DNA of 64,000 nucleotides from a virus (taxonomy: Duplodnaviria; Caudoviricetes), in IMG/VR virus record IMGVR_UViG_3300050034_000334; one strand, 5' to 3'. The translations under genes and the position numbers were made by a program. Shown here in pieces: positions 48,303-57,606 of the stretch; position 1 is the first letter of the stretch, and each line of letters begins with the position of its first letter. The notes beneath the pieces were generated by a model, which worked only from the letters and a program-made list of their open reading frames with translations, was not told where the DNA came from and did not search any database.

Positions 48303-48574
48303 CAGTGTGCCACTCGTAGGACAGTGAGCGGTGTGTCGATAACGGAGTCATTGTCCCAGCCCAAAGAGGCCAGCAGTTCCAGCAGAGTTGTTTTGTGCTT
48401 GTTCGTGTTGTAACGAGTGACGATCATGGGCAGTCCCTCGTTGCCGATGTTGGGCTCGTTGCCCACGTGAAGCTCGGAGTGGACCTTGATGAACTCCTTC
48501 GCCTCCTCACGAGTGCCAGCGAAGTCGACCTTGAGTGTGCCCTGAGTGTGGATCTTACGTCTTAGTGACATCAT
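48302..48574 (-). CDS. Hypothetical protein
   Basis: 90 aa in a coupled gene array. Confidence 0.65.
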   Translation of the reverse strand: MMSLRRKIHTQGTLKVDFAGTREEAKEFIKVHSELHVGNEPNIGNEGLPMIVTRYNTNKHKTTLLELLASLGWDNDSVIDTPLTVLRVAH

Positions 48575-48828
48575 GCCATCCTTTCACTTCTTCCGTCTGG
48601 TGATGCTACCCAACGAATCCCAGTGGCTTGTTCGATTGCCTCTTTCGCCCAGGGGAGCAACTCTTGTTTCTCAATCAGACCAAAATCGAACTCGGTGATC
48701 TGCGTTCCATCTTCTGTATATCCTGCTGATTTCTCAGCACGACCAGCCTTGCGCTGATAACGGACATGGATGGGACCAAAGACTTCAAGCATTATATCCC
48801 AGCCGCCATATTGTCTGCCGTTACTCAT
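48571..48828 (-). CDS. Hypothetical protein
   Basis: 85 aa, GAGGA RBS. Confidence 0.65.
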   Translation of the reverse strand: MSNGRQYGGWDIMLEVFGPIHVRYQRKAGRAEKSAGYTEDGTQITEFDFGLIEKQELLPWAKEAIEQATGIRWVASPDGRSERMA

Positions 48829-48836
48829 GTGAATCC

Positions 48837-49061
48837 TCAGTAGCGAGAAGACGGCCTTGTTGACTTCCCACAGATAAGACAGTTGTCACAGTCACGTCCA
48901 GATGAAGCATCTTCGCCCCAAGGGAAGGTATGATCACAGGCCGCCACCAGAGGGTTCAGGGTCTTATCTCTGAATTCCTTGAGAGCAATCTCCTGCTGAT
49001 CCCTGAATGCCTGGACATCCTTCGTGGCCTGACGAATCACAGCGATCTGCTCACTGGTCAT
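48837..49061 (-). CDS. Hypothetical protein
   Basis: 74 aa with CDH...CLICG. Confidence 0.6.
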   Translation of the reverse strand: MTSEQIAVIRQATKDVQAFRDQQEIALKEFRDKTLNPLVAACDHTFPWGEDASSGRDCDNCLICGKSTRPSSRY

Positions 49062-49242
49062 GTTCCCATCCTAGGCTCTTGCTGATCTCTGGTGAGAAGC
49101 CACCCAATTCTCTGAGCCGGGTGGCGAAATAGGTTCCTGCTTCGTCTTGGAGCAGTGGATTTCCTACTGGAGCAAAACGCCACAACCGACACAGTTCGTA
49201 TCGAGTCATGGCGTCGATTTCAGCTTTTTGTTCAGGAGTCAT
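49051..49242 (-). CDS. Hypothetical protein
   Basis: MTPEQKAEIDAM...; TAATG overlap with upstream stop. Confidence 0.65.
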   Translation of the reverse strand: MTPEQKAEIDAMTRYELCRLWRFAPVGNPLLQDEAGTYFATRLRELGGFSPEISKSLGWEHDQ

Positions 49243-49802
49243 TACAGTTCGAATTCTCCAAGAGCGGTGTCCGCCGCGTCGCGCTGTTCCTGCAACCAGG
49301 CTTCTTTGTTCTCCACCCACTCTTCGTGCTTCTCTTCGTCATCGAGGGAAGGCTCGCTCTCTTCGTCCTCAAAGGATGTGCCGTCAACTTCATCGGCAGC
49401 GGTGTTCAGGGAATCGAGGAAGGTGTCGAGCGCATCGACCTTCTCCTGCATGTCAGAAGAATCGCGAAGGCCATCCGGCAGAGCTTCGAGGGCCTCTTCG
49501 TACTCACCCTTCACTTCTTCGCAGGTAGTGGCGCAGTCACGCAGAGCCTGAGCGATATCGCTGATATCTTCGGCAGCCGTAACATTGGCCGACGCATCCT
49601 CAATGGCAGAGTAGACGCCACTGAGTTTGGATGTGGTCAACTGAGACTGGGTGGGATGGCCGTGCTTCGAATGCTGGCGGCGAGAAGCAGACTTGTAGGG
49701 CGTCCACTCGAAATACTGGTCACCGGCGACGATCAGGTCGGGACACTTCTCGCAGGGATATTCCCTGCCGGCTTTGCTCTTTTTGTGCTCTGTAACTCGC
49801 AT
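49242..49802 (-). CDS. Hypothetical acidic protein with zinc-ribbon-like N-terminus
   Basis: YPCEKCPDLI..GDQY. Confidence 0.7.
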   Translation of the reverse strand: MRVTEHKKSKAGREYPCEKCPDLIVAGDQYFEWTPYKSASRRQHSKHGHPTQSQLTTSKLSGVYSAIEDASANVTAAEDISDIAQALRDCATTCEEVKGEYEEALEALPDGLRDSSDMQEKVDALDTFLDSLNTAADEVDGTSFEDEESEPSLDDEEKHEEWVENKEAWLQEQRDAADTALGEFEL

Positions 49803-49809
49803 ACTTCAC

Positions 49810-49837
49810 TCTACCAGTAGAATCGTAAATTCGGGTA
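49810..49837 (-). promoter_or_regulatory. TACCCGA-N16-GTAGA promoter-like motif
   Basis: Exact motif 7 nt upstream of ATG 49802. Confidence 0.65.
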
Positions 49838-49871
49838 ATGCCAAGAAACTGACTATCCGTCCCTATAGTAG

Positions 49872-50642
49872 ATGACTACAAATCTATACGCAGAGAAACT
49901 GGAGCAAAACGCCATCAGCAACAAGTACACTCGATGGTATCTACGTCTTTGCCTCAGAGCAGGTAATCGAAGTGATCTTCAAGGATACATTGAAGAACAT
50001 CATGTCCTTCCTAGATGTCTCGGAGGAAATTCTGAAAAGACTAATCTTGTGATTTTAACCGCAAGAGAACATTTCATTGCTCATCTTCTCCTCACTAAAA
50101 TGTTCAGAGGGCAACGGTTGTACAAGATGCTGGCCGCTGCTTTCTTCATGGCAAACCGTACTCGGATGTATCGAGGAAGCCGCACTTATCAAACTCTACG
50201 AGAAAACTATGCCCAGGAAGTGAGTAACCATTTCAAGGGAGTTCCAATTTGTTCAGACGTGCTGGCCGCAAGGATCGGAAAGTCTCACGACCATCATGTT
50301 CTTCCACATCCTGTTCACCAATGTATACTCGTTGGAGAAACAATAGCTGAATTTGGGCACGATCCTCGTATTCTTAAATCTATGAGTAACCGCAAAGTGA
50401 AAGTCAGGTATCCCTGCTGTGGAACTATTTTAGACCGGCCATTCTATGCAGCCAATAAAGGATTGAACTACTGTAAATCCTGTTTTATACAGAAGAATCT
50501 GGAGGCAATGAATACCTTTCAAGGGCGCAAAGAAGCTGCTGAAAGGATGCGTGATAAGTGGACAAAAGCATCCTTCCGGGAGCATACCTCTCGAGCAGTA
50601 TCCAATGCGAACAAGACTAGGAGAACTCCACCAAGTACCTGA
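49872..50642 (+). CDS. HNH homing endonuclease
   Basis: EEHHVLPRCLGG...NLVILTAREHFIAHLLL. Confidence 0.88.
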   Translation: MTTNLYAEKLEQNAISNKYTRWYLRLCLRAGNRSDLQGYIEEHHVLPRCLGGNSEKTNLVILTAREHFIAHLLLTKMFRGQRLYKMLAAAFFMANRTRMYRGSRTYQTLRENYAQEVSNHFKGVPICSDVLAARIGKSHDHHVLPHPVHQCILVGETIAEFGHDPRILKSMSNRKVKVRYPCCGTILDRPFYAANKGLNYCKSCFIQKNLEAMNTFQGRKEAAERMRDKWTKASFREHTSRAVSNANKTRRTPPST

Positions 50643-52083
50643 TGTTGGCTTGGCTTACTCTGTAGACTATGGCCTCATGATTCATGATTCCACTTCTTCC
50701 TGGTACTGCATTGCAAGAATCATACCCAGACTGCTTTCCGTTGCCTGGTCCAGAAGGAACGTACTCTCTCCCCATGGCCACATCCACTAAGAACATATAG
50801 CAGTTTTTGTCTTTGTTTCCACCGTCCCAGTAACCATATGAATAGTTCAAACTTTTCGTGCTATTTTCACTGAAATACAATCCATTTCCGAACATCGCGC
50901 CGGTGGTGGAGATGGTGCTCAGTGCATTGGGCATGACCAAGCCACGCTTGAGGATCGACAGCACGTTGAACATACGAGTTCCGTGCCACAATTCCTTGAT
51001 GTTGCCGACCTTGTGACCGTCGGTGTCGAAAGCCTTGATCATGTGAGGGATGGTAACCTCATAGACCCGAACTGGCTTCAACACGGAGGACTGATGACCA
51101 CGAGTGCCGGTCGTGAGATACTTGTGCTTGATGCGCTCGATGAGTTTGTTGTCCGAAACCAAAGTGAGTTTGCATTCAAAGGTCGAAGGAGCAGCCACGA
51201 CTTTCTTGTCAGTGACCTTGTTGGCCGCGTTCACGGCATCCGTGATGCGCTGTTCGGCGATTTCGATCGAGGTTTCGATCTGGTCGAGCAAAGAGGTCTG
51301 CTTCGCGAGATCGATGAAATCTTTGTGCCATCCCCGCAGACGAGGAGTAGCTTGGGGAACCAAGCGGAGGTATCTGCTGAGCAGACCAGGTTCACCGGGC
51401 TTGCCACAGTAGATAGGATTTTCGGTGTCGTTCTTGCGAACGAACGGCTCCATCTGAGAGAGGATTGTACGGGCACCTTGAACTGCTTCGAGAGTCACAA
51501 CGCCCATCGCGGTGCGAACGATGCCCGTTGCCAGGTCTATGTCCATGCCGCCTTGTTCGATACCACCAGTCGCCTTGATGAGTTCGTGCCTGTTCGCTTC
51601 CGCAAGTTTCTTGACCAGTTCAGCCGTGACAGGACAGGCACCGGCGATTTCCTTGACAGCCACTCTCTTGACTTCTTCCTTGGCCATTGACGATCCGCCG
51701 TTGCCATTGGAAGGCCGATTGAAAGAGACTTTGCCCGACTCAGCTTCGCCGCCCACGATCGTGATTTCCGTGTAGCTTGGCTCAGGGAAAGGCTTGTGAG
51801 TCTTCTCGTAGACCTTGGAGAGGAAGTCCCTCTCGCTGGAAGAAACAGTCTTCTTCAGAAGTTTGAAACGGATCTCGTTATTGATGACTGTCATGTCGAG
51901 AGGGAAGGTGAGACCTGAGCGCACAAGAGGTTTGGTCTGCGTGGCCATTGGGCCACCCACTCTGCCCCACTCGTATTTGACAGTATTGTCGTCGTAGACG
52001 GTATAGGTCCAGGCCTTATTGTGATTAGCGTCAGCATTTGCCTCAACTGCGATGAACTTCCGATGCTCGATTATACCAGCCAT
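50617..52083 (-). CDS. PARP-like ADP-ribosyltransferase with N-terminal WGR domain
   Basis: NKAW...YEWGRVG; LWHGT, GAMFGNGLYFSENSTKSLNY, NHEAIVY (H-Y-E); start moved to 52083. Confidence 0.88.
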   Translation of the reverse strand: MAGIIEHRKFIAVEANADANHNKAWTYTVYDDNTVKYEWGRVGGPMATQTKPLVRSGLTFPLDMTVINNEIRFKLLKKTVSSSERDFLSKVYEKTHKPFPEPSYTEITIVGGEAESGKVSFNRPSNGNGGSSMAKEEVKRVAVKEIAGACPVTAELVKKLAEANRHELIKATGGIEQGGMDIDLATGIVRTAMGVVTLEAVQGARTILSQMEPFVRKNDTENPIYCGKPGEPGLLSRYLRLVPQATPRLRGWHKDFIDLAKQTSLLDQIETSIEIAEQRITDAVNAANKVTDKKVVAAPSTFECKLTLVSDNKLIERIKHKYLTTGTRGHQSSVLKPVRVYEVTIPHMIKAFDTDGHKVGNIKELWHGTRMFNVLSILKRGLVMPNALSTISTTGAMFGNGLYFSENSTKSLNYSYGYWDGGNKDKNCYMFLVDVAMGREYVPSGPGNGKQSGYDSCNAVPGRSGIMNHEAIVYRVSQANIRYLVEFS

Positions 52084-52090
52084 GCACTTC

Positions 52091-52118
52091 TCTACTGTCT
52101 TTGAGTGAAAATCGGGTA
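52091..52118 (-). promoter_or_regulatory. TACCCGA-N16-GTAGA promoter-like motif
   Basis: Exact motif 7 nt upstream of PARP ATG 52083. Confidence 0.65.
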
Positions 52119-52205
52119 ATCTATTTGACTTCCCAATCCATAGTGTACGTGCCAATCGCGACCCTGGCAGGTCCACTGGCCCTATGACTGAGAAGGAGTC
52201 ACAGC

Positions 52206-52940
52206 ATGATAAATGGAACAGAAAGTCCCATCTATTGCCAGAAATATCTCGATAAGATCTCTGAAATTTCCCTTGACAACAAGTACACCAAGTGGTATCT
52301 GAAATTGTGTCGGAAGGCTGCTCTCAGAGACCATCCGGCCAAAGTAGATATGCACCACATTCTTCCATTCTGTTTTGATCTAGGTGGAGAAAGTGATTCA
52401 GACAACCTGGCTCACCTTTCTCTTCGAGAACACTTCGTCTGCCATCTGCTTCTCACCAGAATGATGACAGGCACTCGTCGATACCAGATGCTAGCGGCTG
52501 CTTTCCTGATGGCCAACCGGGTCAAATCCTCACGTGCATATGAGTATCTTCGCATTCAGAGAGATATAGAACAAGGGCCTCTTCACAGTATACGACTCAA
52601 GGAAACTCACAGGAATCACCCTGAAATCCAAGTGAGGCGGAAGGTTACTCTGGCTTCAAAACCCACACTGACTTGTCCCAGATGTCACAGGAATTTCCGG
52701 TATCCAGACCATCTCCTGCCAGGTAAACACATATGCAGAATCAAGAACGAGAAGGCCGCTCGGACTCACCGAGAACTAGGATCGGGGAGTATGAACCGTC
52801 TCCGAGAAACGATGGCTGGGTACACTCAGGATCTGGAGTGCTGTCACTGCAAGAGGATTTTCAAACTTCCCTGGAGATGGCGCAAGCATGTGGGATGCGT
52901 GGGGAATTCTAGTTCGTCAAAAGATGGTACCAAATCCTAA
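52206..52940 (+). CDS. HNH homing endonuclease, paralog of 49872..50642
   Basis: DMHHILPFC..GG...NLAHLSLREHFVCHLLL...MLAAAFLMANR. Confidence 0.88.
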   Translation: MINGTESPIYCQKYLDKISEISLDNKYTKWYLKLCRKAALRDHPAKVDMHHILPFCFDLGGESDSDNLAHLSLREHFVCHLLLTRMMTGTRRYQMLAAAFLMANRVKSSRAYEYLRIQRDIEQGPLHSIRLKETHRNHPEIQVRRKVTLASKPTLTCPRCHRNFRYPDHLLPGKHICRIKNEKAARTHRELGSGSMNRLRETMAGYTQDLECCHCKRIFKLPWRWRKHVGCVGNSSSSKDGTKS

Positions 52941-52945
52941 GTCAA

Positions 52946-53812
52946 TCAAAATGTCTTCCGGAATGAACTTGTTGCCACCGTCAGCATCGGATGAGCCGCC
53001 AGTTCGTCCTTGCCAATCATTTGGATAGTTGGTGCCAGTGAACTTTTCATCAGTGTTGGAGAACCTCTCCGGAACAACTGATAGCTCGACAATTCAGTCC
53101 CCAACTTGTGGCCGGACGTCGTGCGATGATGAGTGACATCCGTGAGATGCCAGTCAGGACCGATGAACTGCTTGTACCATTCACCCACCGCTTGGAAGTA
53201 CTCCGGGAGGTTGGTGATCGTCTGTCCCAGCATCTTGGAGTAGACCTCATACGACTTCTTGCCATACTGCAGGAAGTGAACTCCACAGTCGTTCAGCAGC
53301 AGGAACTTCTGGGCTGAATTAAACGATTCGACAGTAGTATCCCGGTATTCTCCCTTCCAGAACTTTGTGGGAGTGTACTCGTTGTAGTCGAGGAAGATGA
53401 AGTCTGGCTTGACACTGAGGAGCTTCGCCCGTTCCTTCTTGTCGAAGAAGTTCAGACGCGAGATGAAAGCCTGAGGGAAGTTCGCCAGCAGTAGCTCGAG
53501 GCAGCCCATGTCGATGTCGTTCAGATAGACCTGGGTCGGATCCTGTTCGAAGAGCTTCGCGTCGATCCCTGCGCCGCCCAAAGGCTCCATGTAGGACTTG
53601 TACTGTCCATCGACCTTCTGTTGGAGAACGTACGAACACAGCTTCCGGATGGACATGCTGCCACTGGCGAAACCGAAGTCACCGGGCTGATTCTTCTTGA
53701 GAAACTCTGCGAGCCATGATGTAGAATCGCTCAGATGTTCAAACTGAGATCCAAACTGAAGAAGATGTGGAGGCACTACTATGGATTTTCCGTTGCATAG
53801 ATCAAATCTCAT
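52946..53812 (-). CDS. Atypical SAM-dependent methyltransferase-like protein
   Basis: EPLGGAG motif I, YLNDID motif II, DFIFLDYNEY in place of DPPY; GAGGAG RBS before 53812. Confidence 0.55.
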   Translation of the reverse strand: MRFDLCNGKSIVVPPHLLQFGSQFEHLSDSTSWLAEFLKKNQPGDFGFASGSMSIRKLCSYVLQQKVDGQYKSYMEPLGGAGIDAKLFEQDPTQVYLNDIDMGCLELLLANFPQAFISRLNFFDKKERAKLLSVKPDFIFLDYNEYTPTKFWKGEYRDTTVESFNSAQKFLLLNDCGVHFLQYGKKSYEVYSKMLGQTITNLPEYFQAVGEWYKQFIGPDWHLTDVTHHRTTSGHKLGTELSSYQLFRRGSPTLMKSSLAPTIQMIGKDELAAHPMLTVATSSFRKTF

Positions 53813-54365
53813 CTTGCTCCTCGTGTAACCCATCCCACAATCTCTGATACTCTTCACGAACTTCTTCAGCCAAAAGAAAATCTCGTGGACAGTTGTTAGC
53901 TTTCATCAATTCCACTACGTCAGCTACATCTTTCTGACGAGTATTTGGATTACCCAAGTAACTGGATAGTTTGATTTCAATAATCTGTTGAAGACTTGCA
54001 ATGATTGGTCTCTTGGATACTTGCGTTGGCATAGGAAGTTTCAGCGGTCCACGTCCAACCGATCCTCCTCCAGGAAGTAGATCGACTTCCACTTTAGACG
54101 CACGATCAGTAACAGTCATACTTGAACCTGGATTTGCTCGAAAGCCACTGATGGACAACTTGTCTTTTGCCTCTTGTACGCTGGGAACCACCAAGTCAAC
54201 ATCGATAGTAAATCGTGGATATCCATTTTCCTGAACAGCGTACCCACCAACAACCAAAGAAGGAATTCCTGCATCTGCAAGAATGGCCACAGCACTTCTC
54301 ATTGTTTTTTCAATGTCGGTGGAGTTAGAAACCTTGCGCAGCAGCTTTGCTTTCAGGTTAGACAT
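53802..54365 (-). CDS. Nucleotidyltransferase-fold protein
   Basis: LVVGGYAV...RFTIDVDLVV; KL...RQKDVADVVEL. Confidence 0.75.
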   Translation of the reverse strand: MSNLKAKLLRKVSNSTDIEKTMRSAVAILADAGIPSLVVGGYAVQENGYPRFTIDVDLVVPSVQEAKDKLSISGFRANPGSSMTVTDRASKVEVDLLPGGGSVGRGPLKLPMPTQVSKRPIIASLQQIIEIKLSSYLGNPNTRQKDVADVVELMKANNCPRDFLLAEEVREEYQRLWDGLHEEQDEI

Positions 54366-54742
54366 CAGATTTTCTCCGCTATCACAATGCAGTTTTCCTT
54401 CGGGTTAGGCCCAACGATCCAAGCACCGGATTTACTTCTGGCCTCAATACCTTCTTCCGGCTTGGAGAATCCAAACCATCCAGCGATGATCGTAGCTGCG
54501 ATCATGTTAGGGAACCGACCAGTGATTGGAATGGAGATCGAGAGATGACGATAGTTCTGTCCATGTGATACTGTAAAGCTGAACACGCAGTGATAGGTGT
54601 CTAGAAAGCAGCAGTGGCCGGGGATGTCGCCAGGAGAGACTGCGTTGGGAGCATCGAGGATATAAGGGTGAGACATCGCATAGGCTATAACAATGTCGAC
54701 TTTGTCTTTGTTCTCGTCACTGAGAGTGAGAAATCTTGCCAT
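54365..54742 (-). CDS. Hypothetical protein
   Basis: 125 aa; RHLSIS motif. Confidence 0.7.
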   Translation of the reverse strand: MARFLTLSDENKDKVDIVIAYAMSHPYILDAPNAVSPGDIPGHCCFLDTYHCVFSFTVSHGQNYRHLSISIPITGRFPNMIAATIIAGWFGFSKPEEGIEARSKSGAWIVGPNPKENCIVIAEKI

Positions 54743-54753
54743 TGGAACCTTCT

Positions 54754-54786
54754 AACACGAAATCCGGAGACCTTTCGATCTCCGGA
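54754..54786 (-). terminator. Hairpin with GAAA tetraloop and U-rich tail
   Basis: TCCGGAGATC-GAAA-GGTCTCCGGA-TTTCGTGTT. Confidence 0.7.
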
Positions 54787-54822
54787 CTCGGGAATTGTCG
54801 AGGGCCATAGCCCACAGACGTC

Positions 54823-55572
54823 CTAGACGAACAGCTTGGCGATGTGCGAGAACTGCGAGAACGTGACTGCCTGGATGGGGCTGTCGATGTTCAGGCCGAT
54901 GCTCTGAGTGATGGCGCGAATCTCCTGCGACTTGACACCGAGAATATCGTCGCCGGCAATGAACGGTCCGAAGGTCCACTTGATACCAACGGTCGTGCGG
55001 AAGCCGGGAAGTCCAATGCACTCACAGTTGATGCCGGCCTCGCGAACCACGGTTGCGATACCCAGCAACCCAACGCGCGAAGGGACATTGACGATGACCT
55101 GTGCGCCCACGCGAACGGCTGCCAGCTTGGAGCGCATGCGAAGAAGGCCATTGACAAGGGCGTCGTCGGTTTCGGTCGAGATCACTCCCAGATGAGCCAG
55201 CTTGAAGGAGCGAAGCTCGTTGGCCATGTCCTGGCGAGCCTGAAGATAGGAAGGTGCCGTGGGATCCGGATCGACAGTGGTGTCATCGTCGTCCTGATCG
55301 ATGTAATCGGGATCGTCGCTATCAGTCTGAGATAGAAAGGAGGGAACAGGATCCACGCCATTGGAAGCGGAATGAATCTCGGTGTCAACCACGTTGCCGC
55401 TGAAGAAGGCGAGCAGGTTCCGGCGAGCACAGGCAAGTGCCAGCTTCTTGTTGTCAGCCATACGCTGTGCAAATCTGATGGGAAGTCCGGTGGAGAGGGT
55501 CTCTTCCAGACGATAGGCGGCGAGGTTTGCCCAGTAGAAACCAGGCGTGATGTTCTGCTCATTGGCAGTCAT
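54823..55572 (-). CDS. Hypothetical protein
   Basis: AAGGAG RBS before MTANEQ. Confidence 0.7.
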   Translation of the reverse strand: MTANEQNITPGFYWANLAAYRLEETLSTGLPIRFAQRMADNKKLALACARRNLLAFFSGNVVDTEIHSASNGVDPVPSFLSQTDSDDPDYIDQDDDDTTVDPDPTAPSYLQARQDMANELRSFKLAHLGVISTETDDALVNGLLRMRSKLAAVRVGAQVIVNVPSRVGLLGIATVVREAGINCECIGLPGFRTTVGIKWTFGPFIAGDDILGVKSQEIRAITQSIGLNIDSPIQAVTFSQFSHIAKLFV

Positions 55573-55713
55573 GGGTGCTCCTTGGTGTTGCTCTTCAGTG
55601 TTCGAATACCATGACCGAAGATTCATCCCTTCGATTCTGCATCCGAAGACCGTCGTAGTTTCGCTTATCCAGCGAACTCATGATACTACACTTTCCTCTG
55701 TTTCAGCGCGAAA

Positions 55714-56049
55714 TTATTTTGCCCACATCCAATTCCAGATGTATTCGACCTTGTCCTGGTGTGTGACGAACCAGTATACGAAAACCAGGAGGAATGTGGT
55801 CTCGCACAGTACACCGAAAACGAACAAGAGGGCGCGAAGGGTGCGAAGAACATTGAGCATGTTGTCCAATCTCAGTGGCAAAGAGGCTGCTGCTTGGCAC
55901 TTGGGACAGACCAGAGAAGAATCCTTGGTCCAGTTTGGACCATTCCGGTCTATCTCGCCGTGAATGGGACAGATTCCCTTCCACCAGCAGTAGATCTCAC
56001 GCTTCGTTTCACTTATCCAGTGAACTGTTTGTTGCCAGAATTTATTCAT
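55714..56049 (-). CDS. Membrane protein with CxxH/CxxC motif
   Basis: CPIHG...CPKC; hydrophobic C-terminal stretch. Confidence 0.6.
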   Translation of the reverse strand: MNKFWQQTVHWISETKREIYCWWKGICPIHGEIDRNGPNWTKDSSLVCPKCQAAASLPLRLDNMLNVLRTLRALLFVFGVLCETTFLLVFVYWFVTHQDKVEYIWNWMWAK

Positions 56050-56082
56050 CGATTCCCTCTACCACCGGGTGGAGAGAAACGG

Positions 56083-56748
56083 TTACTGGGCAACCACTTC
56101 GAAGCGAACCGACTTGATCCACTTCTCGGCTTCGGCCTTCGGAACGATCCACTTGCCTTTGCGCTTCTCACCGACAAGCTGACTCGATCGGAGAGCCTTC
56201 ATCACAAGAGTTTCGGTGCTACCGGCCAATTTGGCTACTGTACTAGCACTCCAAAATCCTCTTGGAGCAGGATTGGAACCTTGACGACGCTTCTTGCGAG
56301 GAGCAGGCACTGGGAGATCTTCGATGTTAGGGAGTCCAGGAGCTTCGACCCTGGGGATGACAATCTCCTCTTCGTCGTCCAGGGCGAAGTTGAAGATCTT
56401 CTTCTGCTTGAAGTATTGAGTTTGGACGATGTCGAAGTAGTTCAACAGGGAGAGTGTCACATCCTTGGACTTGTCGCGACACCACTCGATCAGATTGAGG
56501 AGATACCAGTCAGGTAGATCTCTCCTCTTGAACTCGTTCATCAAAGTCCGGATGCCCTCGGGATTGATGTCATGTGAATTGCGGCGCTCGCCGCGCTCCG
56601 TGGTCACCTTGCCTTTGGTGATTGGCCAAAACTCCTCGCACCAGGAGACCGCAGTATCGAACACCTCTTGTGGATCAACGCATGTGTTAATGGAGCGTTC
56701 GATGAATGGAACCAGTTTGGGATCATTAAAGGGTCGCATCATACCCAC
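56083..56748 (-). CDS. Protein with C-terminal excisionase-like HTH
   Basis: SASTVAKLAGSTETLVMKALRSSQLVGEK..GKWIVP. Confidence 0.55.
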   Translation of the reverse strand: MGMMRPFNDPKLVPFIERSINTCVDPQEVFDTAVSWCEEFWPITKGKVTTERGERRNSHDINPEGIRTLMNEFKRRDLPDWYLLNLIEWCRDKSKDVTLSLLNYFDIVQTQYFKQKKIFNFALDDEEEIVIPRVEAPGLPNIEDLPVPAPRKKRRQGSNPAPRGFWSASTVAKLAGSTETLVMKALRSSQLVGEKRKGKWIVPKAEAEKWIKSVRFEVVAQ

Positions 56749-56799
56749 TCAATACTGGGGAATTCAGGACTACCAAAATCAGAACAAAGGATGGATGTC

Positions 56800-57225
56800 A
56801 TGAAGATCTGGATTTGTTTGTTCTTGGTTTGTGCTCCATTGTTGCTTGGTCAAACAGCTAAAAAGACGACTCAGTATGTCAAGACCAAAAGTGTTCAAGC
56901 AAGCACTGGATGCGCCTTAGTCGATAGGACACAGTGCTCTCTCAATGCCATGTTGACGTCTGTCAGATCACTCAATACCGTGGAAACCATGAGAGTCTAC
57001 CAGCAAGGAGGACACGATCTGCTTCTTCCTGACTGGCTGGCTGAAAACCAGACGAGACTGTCCTTTTACAACACAGGATGTCTGTACGGAGATAGACTGG
57101 TTACCGGATGGCTGATCAGACGAGGACATCCTCGCTGGGCGAAGGCGGTCACCATCATAGACATGGGAGTGGTCATTCCATTTACAGCACGAAATATGAA
57201 GGTAGATTTTCAGTCTACGAAGTAG
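56800..57225 (+). CDS. Putative exported/membrane protein
   Basis: MKIWICLFLVCAPLLLG signal-like N-terminus. Confidence 0.55.
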   Translation: MKIWICLFLVCAPLLLGQTAKKTTQYVKTKSVQASTGCALVDRTQCSLNAMLTSVRSLNTVETMRVYQQGGHDLLLPDWLAENQTRLSFYNTGCLYGDRLVTGWLIRRGHPRWAKAVTIIDMGVVIPFTARNMKVDFQSTK

Positions 57226-57226
57226 T

Positions 57227-57303
57227 TGGAGGACGGAGAGAGAATCGAACTCTCGCATTATGGGATTTGCAGTCCCACGCCTTACCGTCTTGGCTATCCG
57301 TCC
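57227..57303 (-). tRNA. tRNA-Cys(GCA)
   Basis: Cloverleaf; TGGGA-CTGCAAA-TCCCA; U73, encoded CCA. Confidence 0.95.
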
Positions 57304-57310
57304 TCAATTT

Positions 57311-57384
57311 TGGCACCGCCGAAGGGATTCGAACCCCTACACCTGGCTCCAAAGGCCAGAGTCCTGCCATTAAACGACGGCGGT
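57311..57384 (-). tRNA. tRNA-Gln(TTG)
   Basis: CTGGC-CTTTGGA-GCCAG; G73, encoded CCA. Confidence 0.93.
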
Positions 57385-57395
57385 GTATTTCTAAC

Positions 57396-57605
57396 TCATA
57401 CTGATACAAAATGACACGAGTTGTGCCACTCTCTTGACATGAACGAACCCTTGGGCCGGTCAGGATTCTCAACCAGCAGACTGACCCCTCCACTATCTTC
57501 GTTGTGAGTGTCTCGAACGACGTAAAATTCGGGTGCAGGCCGCCAGTACACAAGATCCTTCGCGGCCTCCTTCATCCGAACTTTGTCGCCCTTCTTGTAT
57601 TCCAT
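57396..57605 (-). CDS. Small hypothetical protein
   Basis: 69 aa MEYKKGDKVR; AAGGTG RBS. Confidence 0.65.
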   Translation of the reverse strand: MEYKKGDKVRMKEAAKDLVYWRPAPEFYVVRDTHNEDSGGVSLLVENPDRPKGSFMSREWHNSCHFVSV

Positions 57606-57606
57606 C

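Noticed and set aside
55573-55682. Short hairpins and a 28-codon frame upstream of 54823..55572
   Set aside because: Stems are only 5-6 bp and the ORF has no RBS; not distinguishable from chance.
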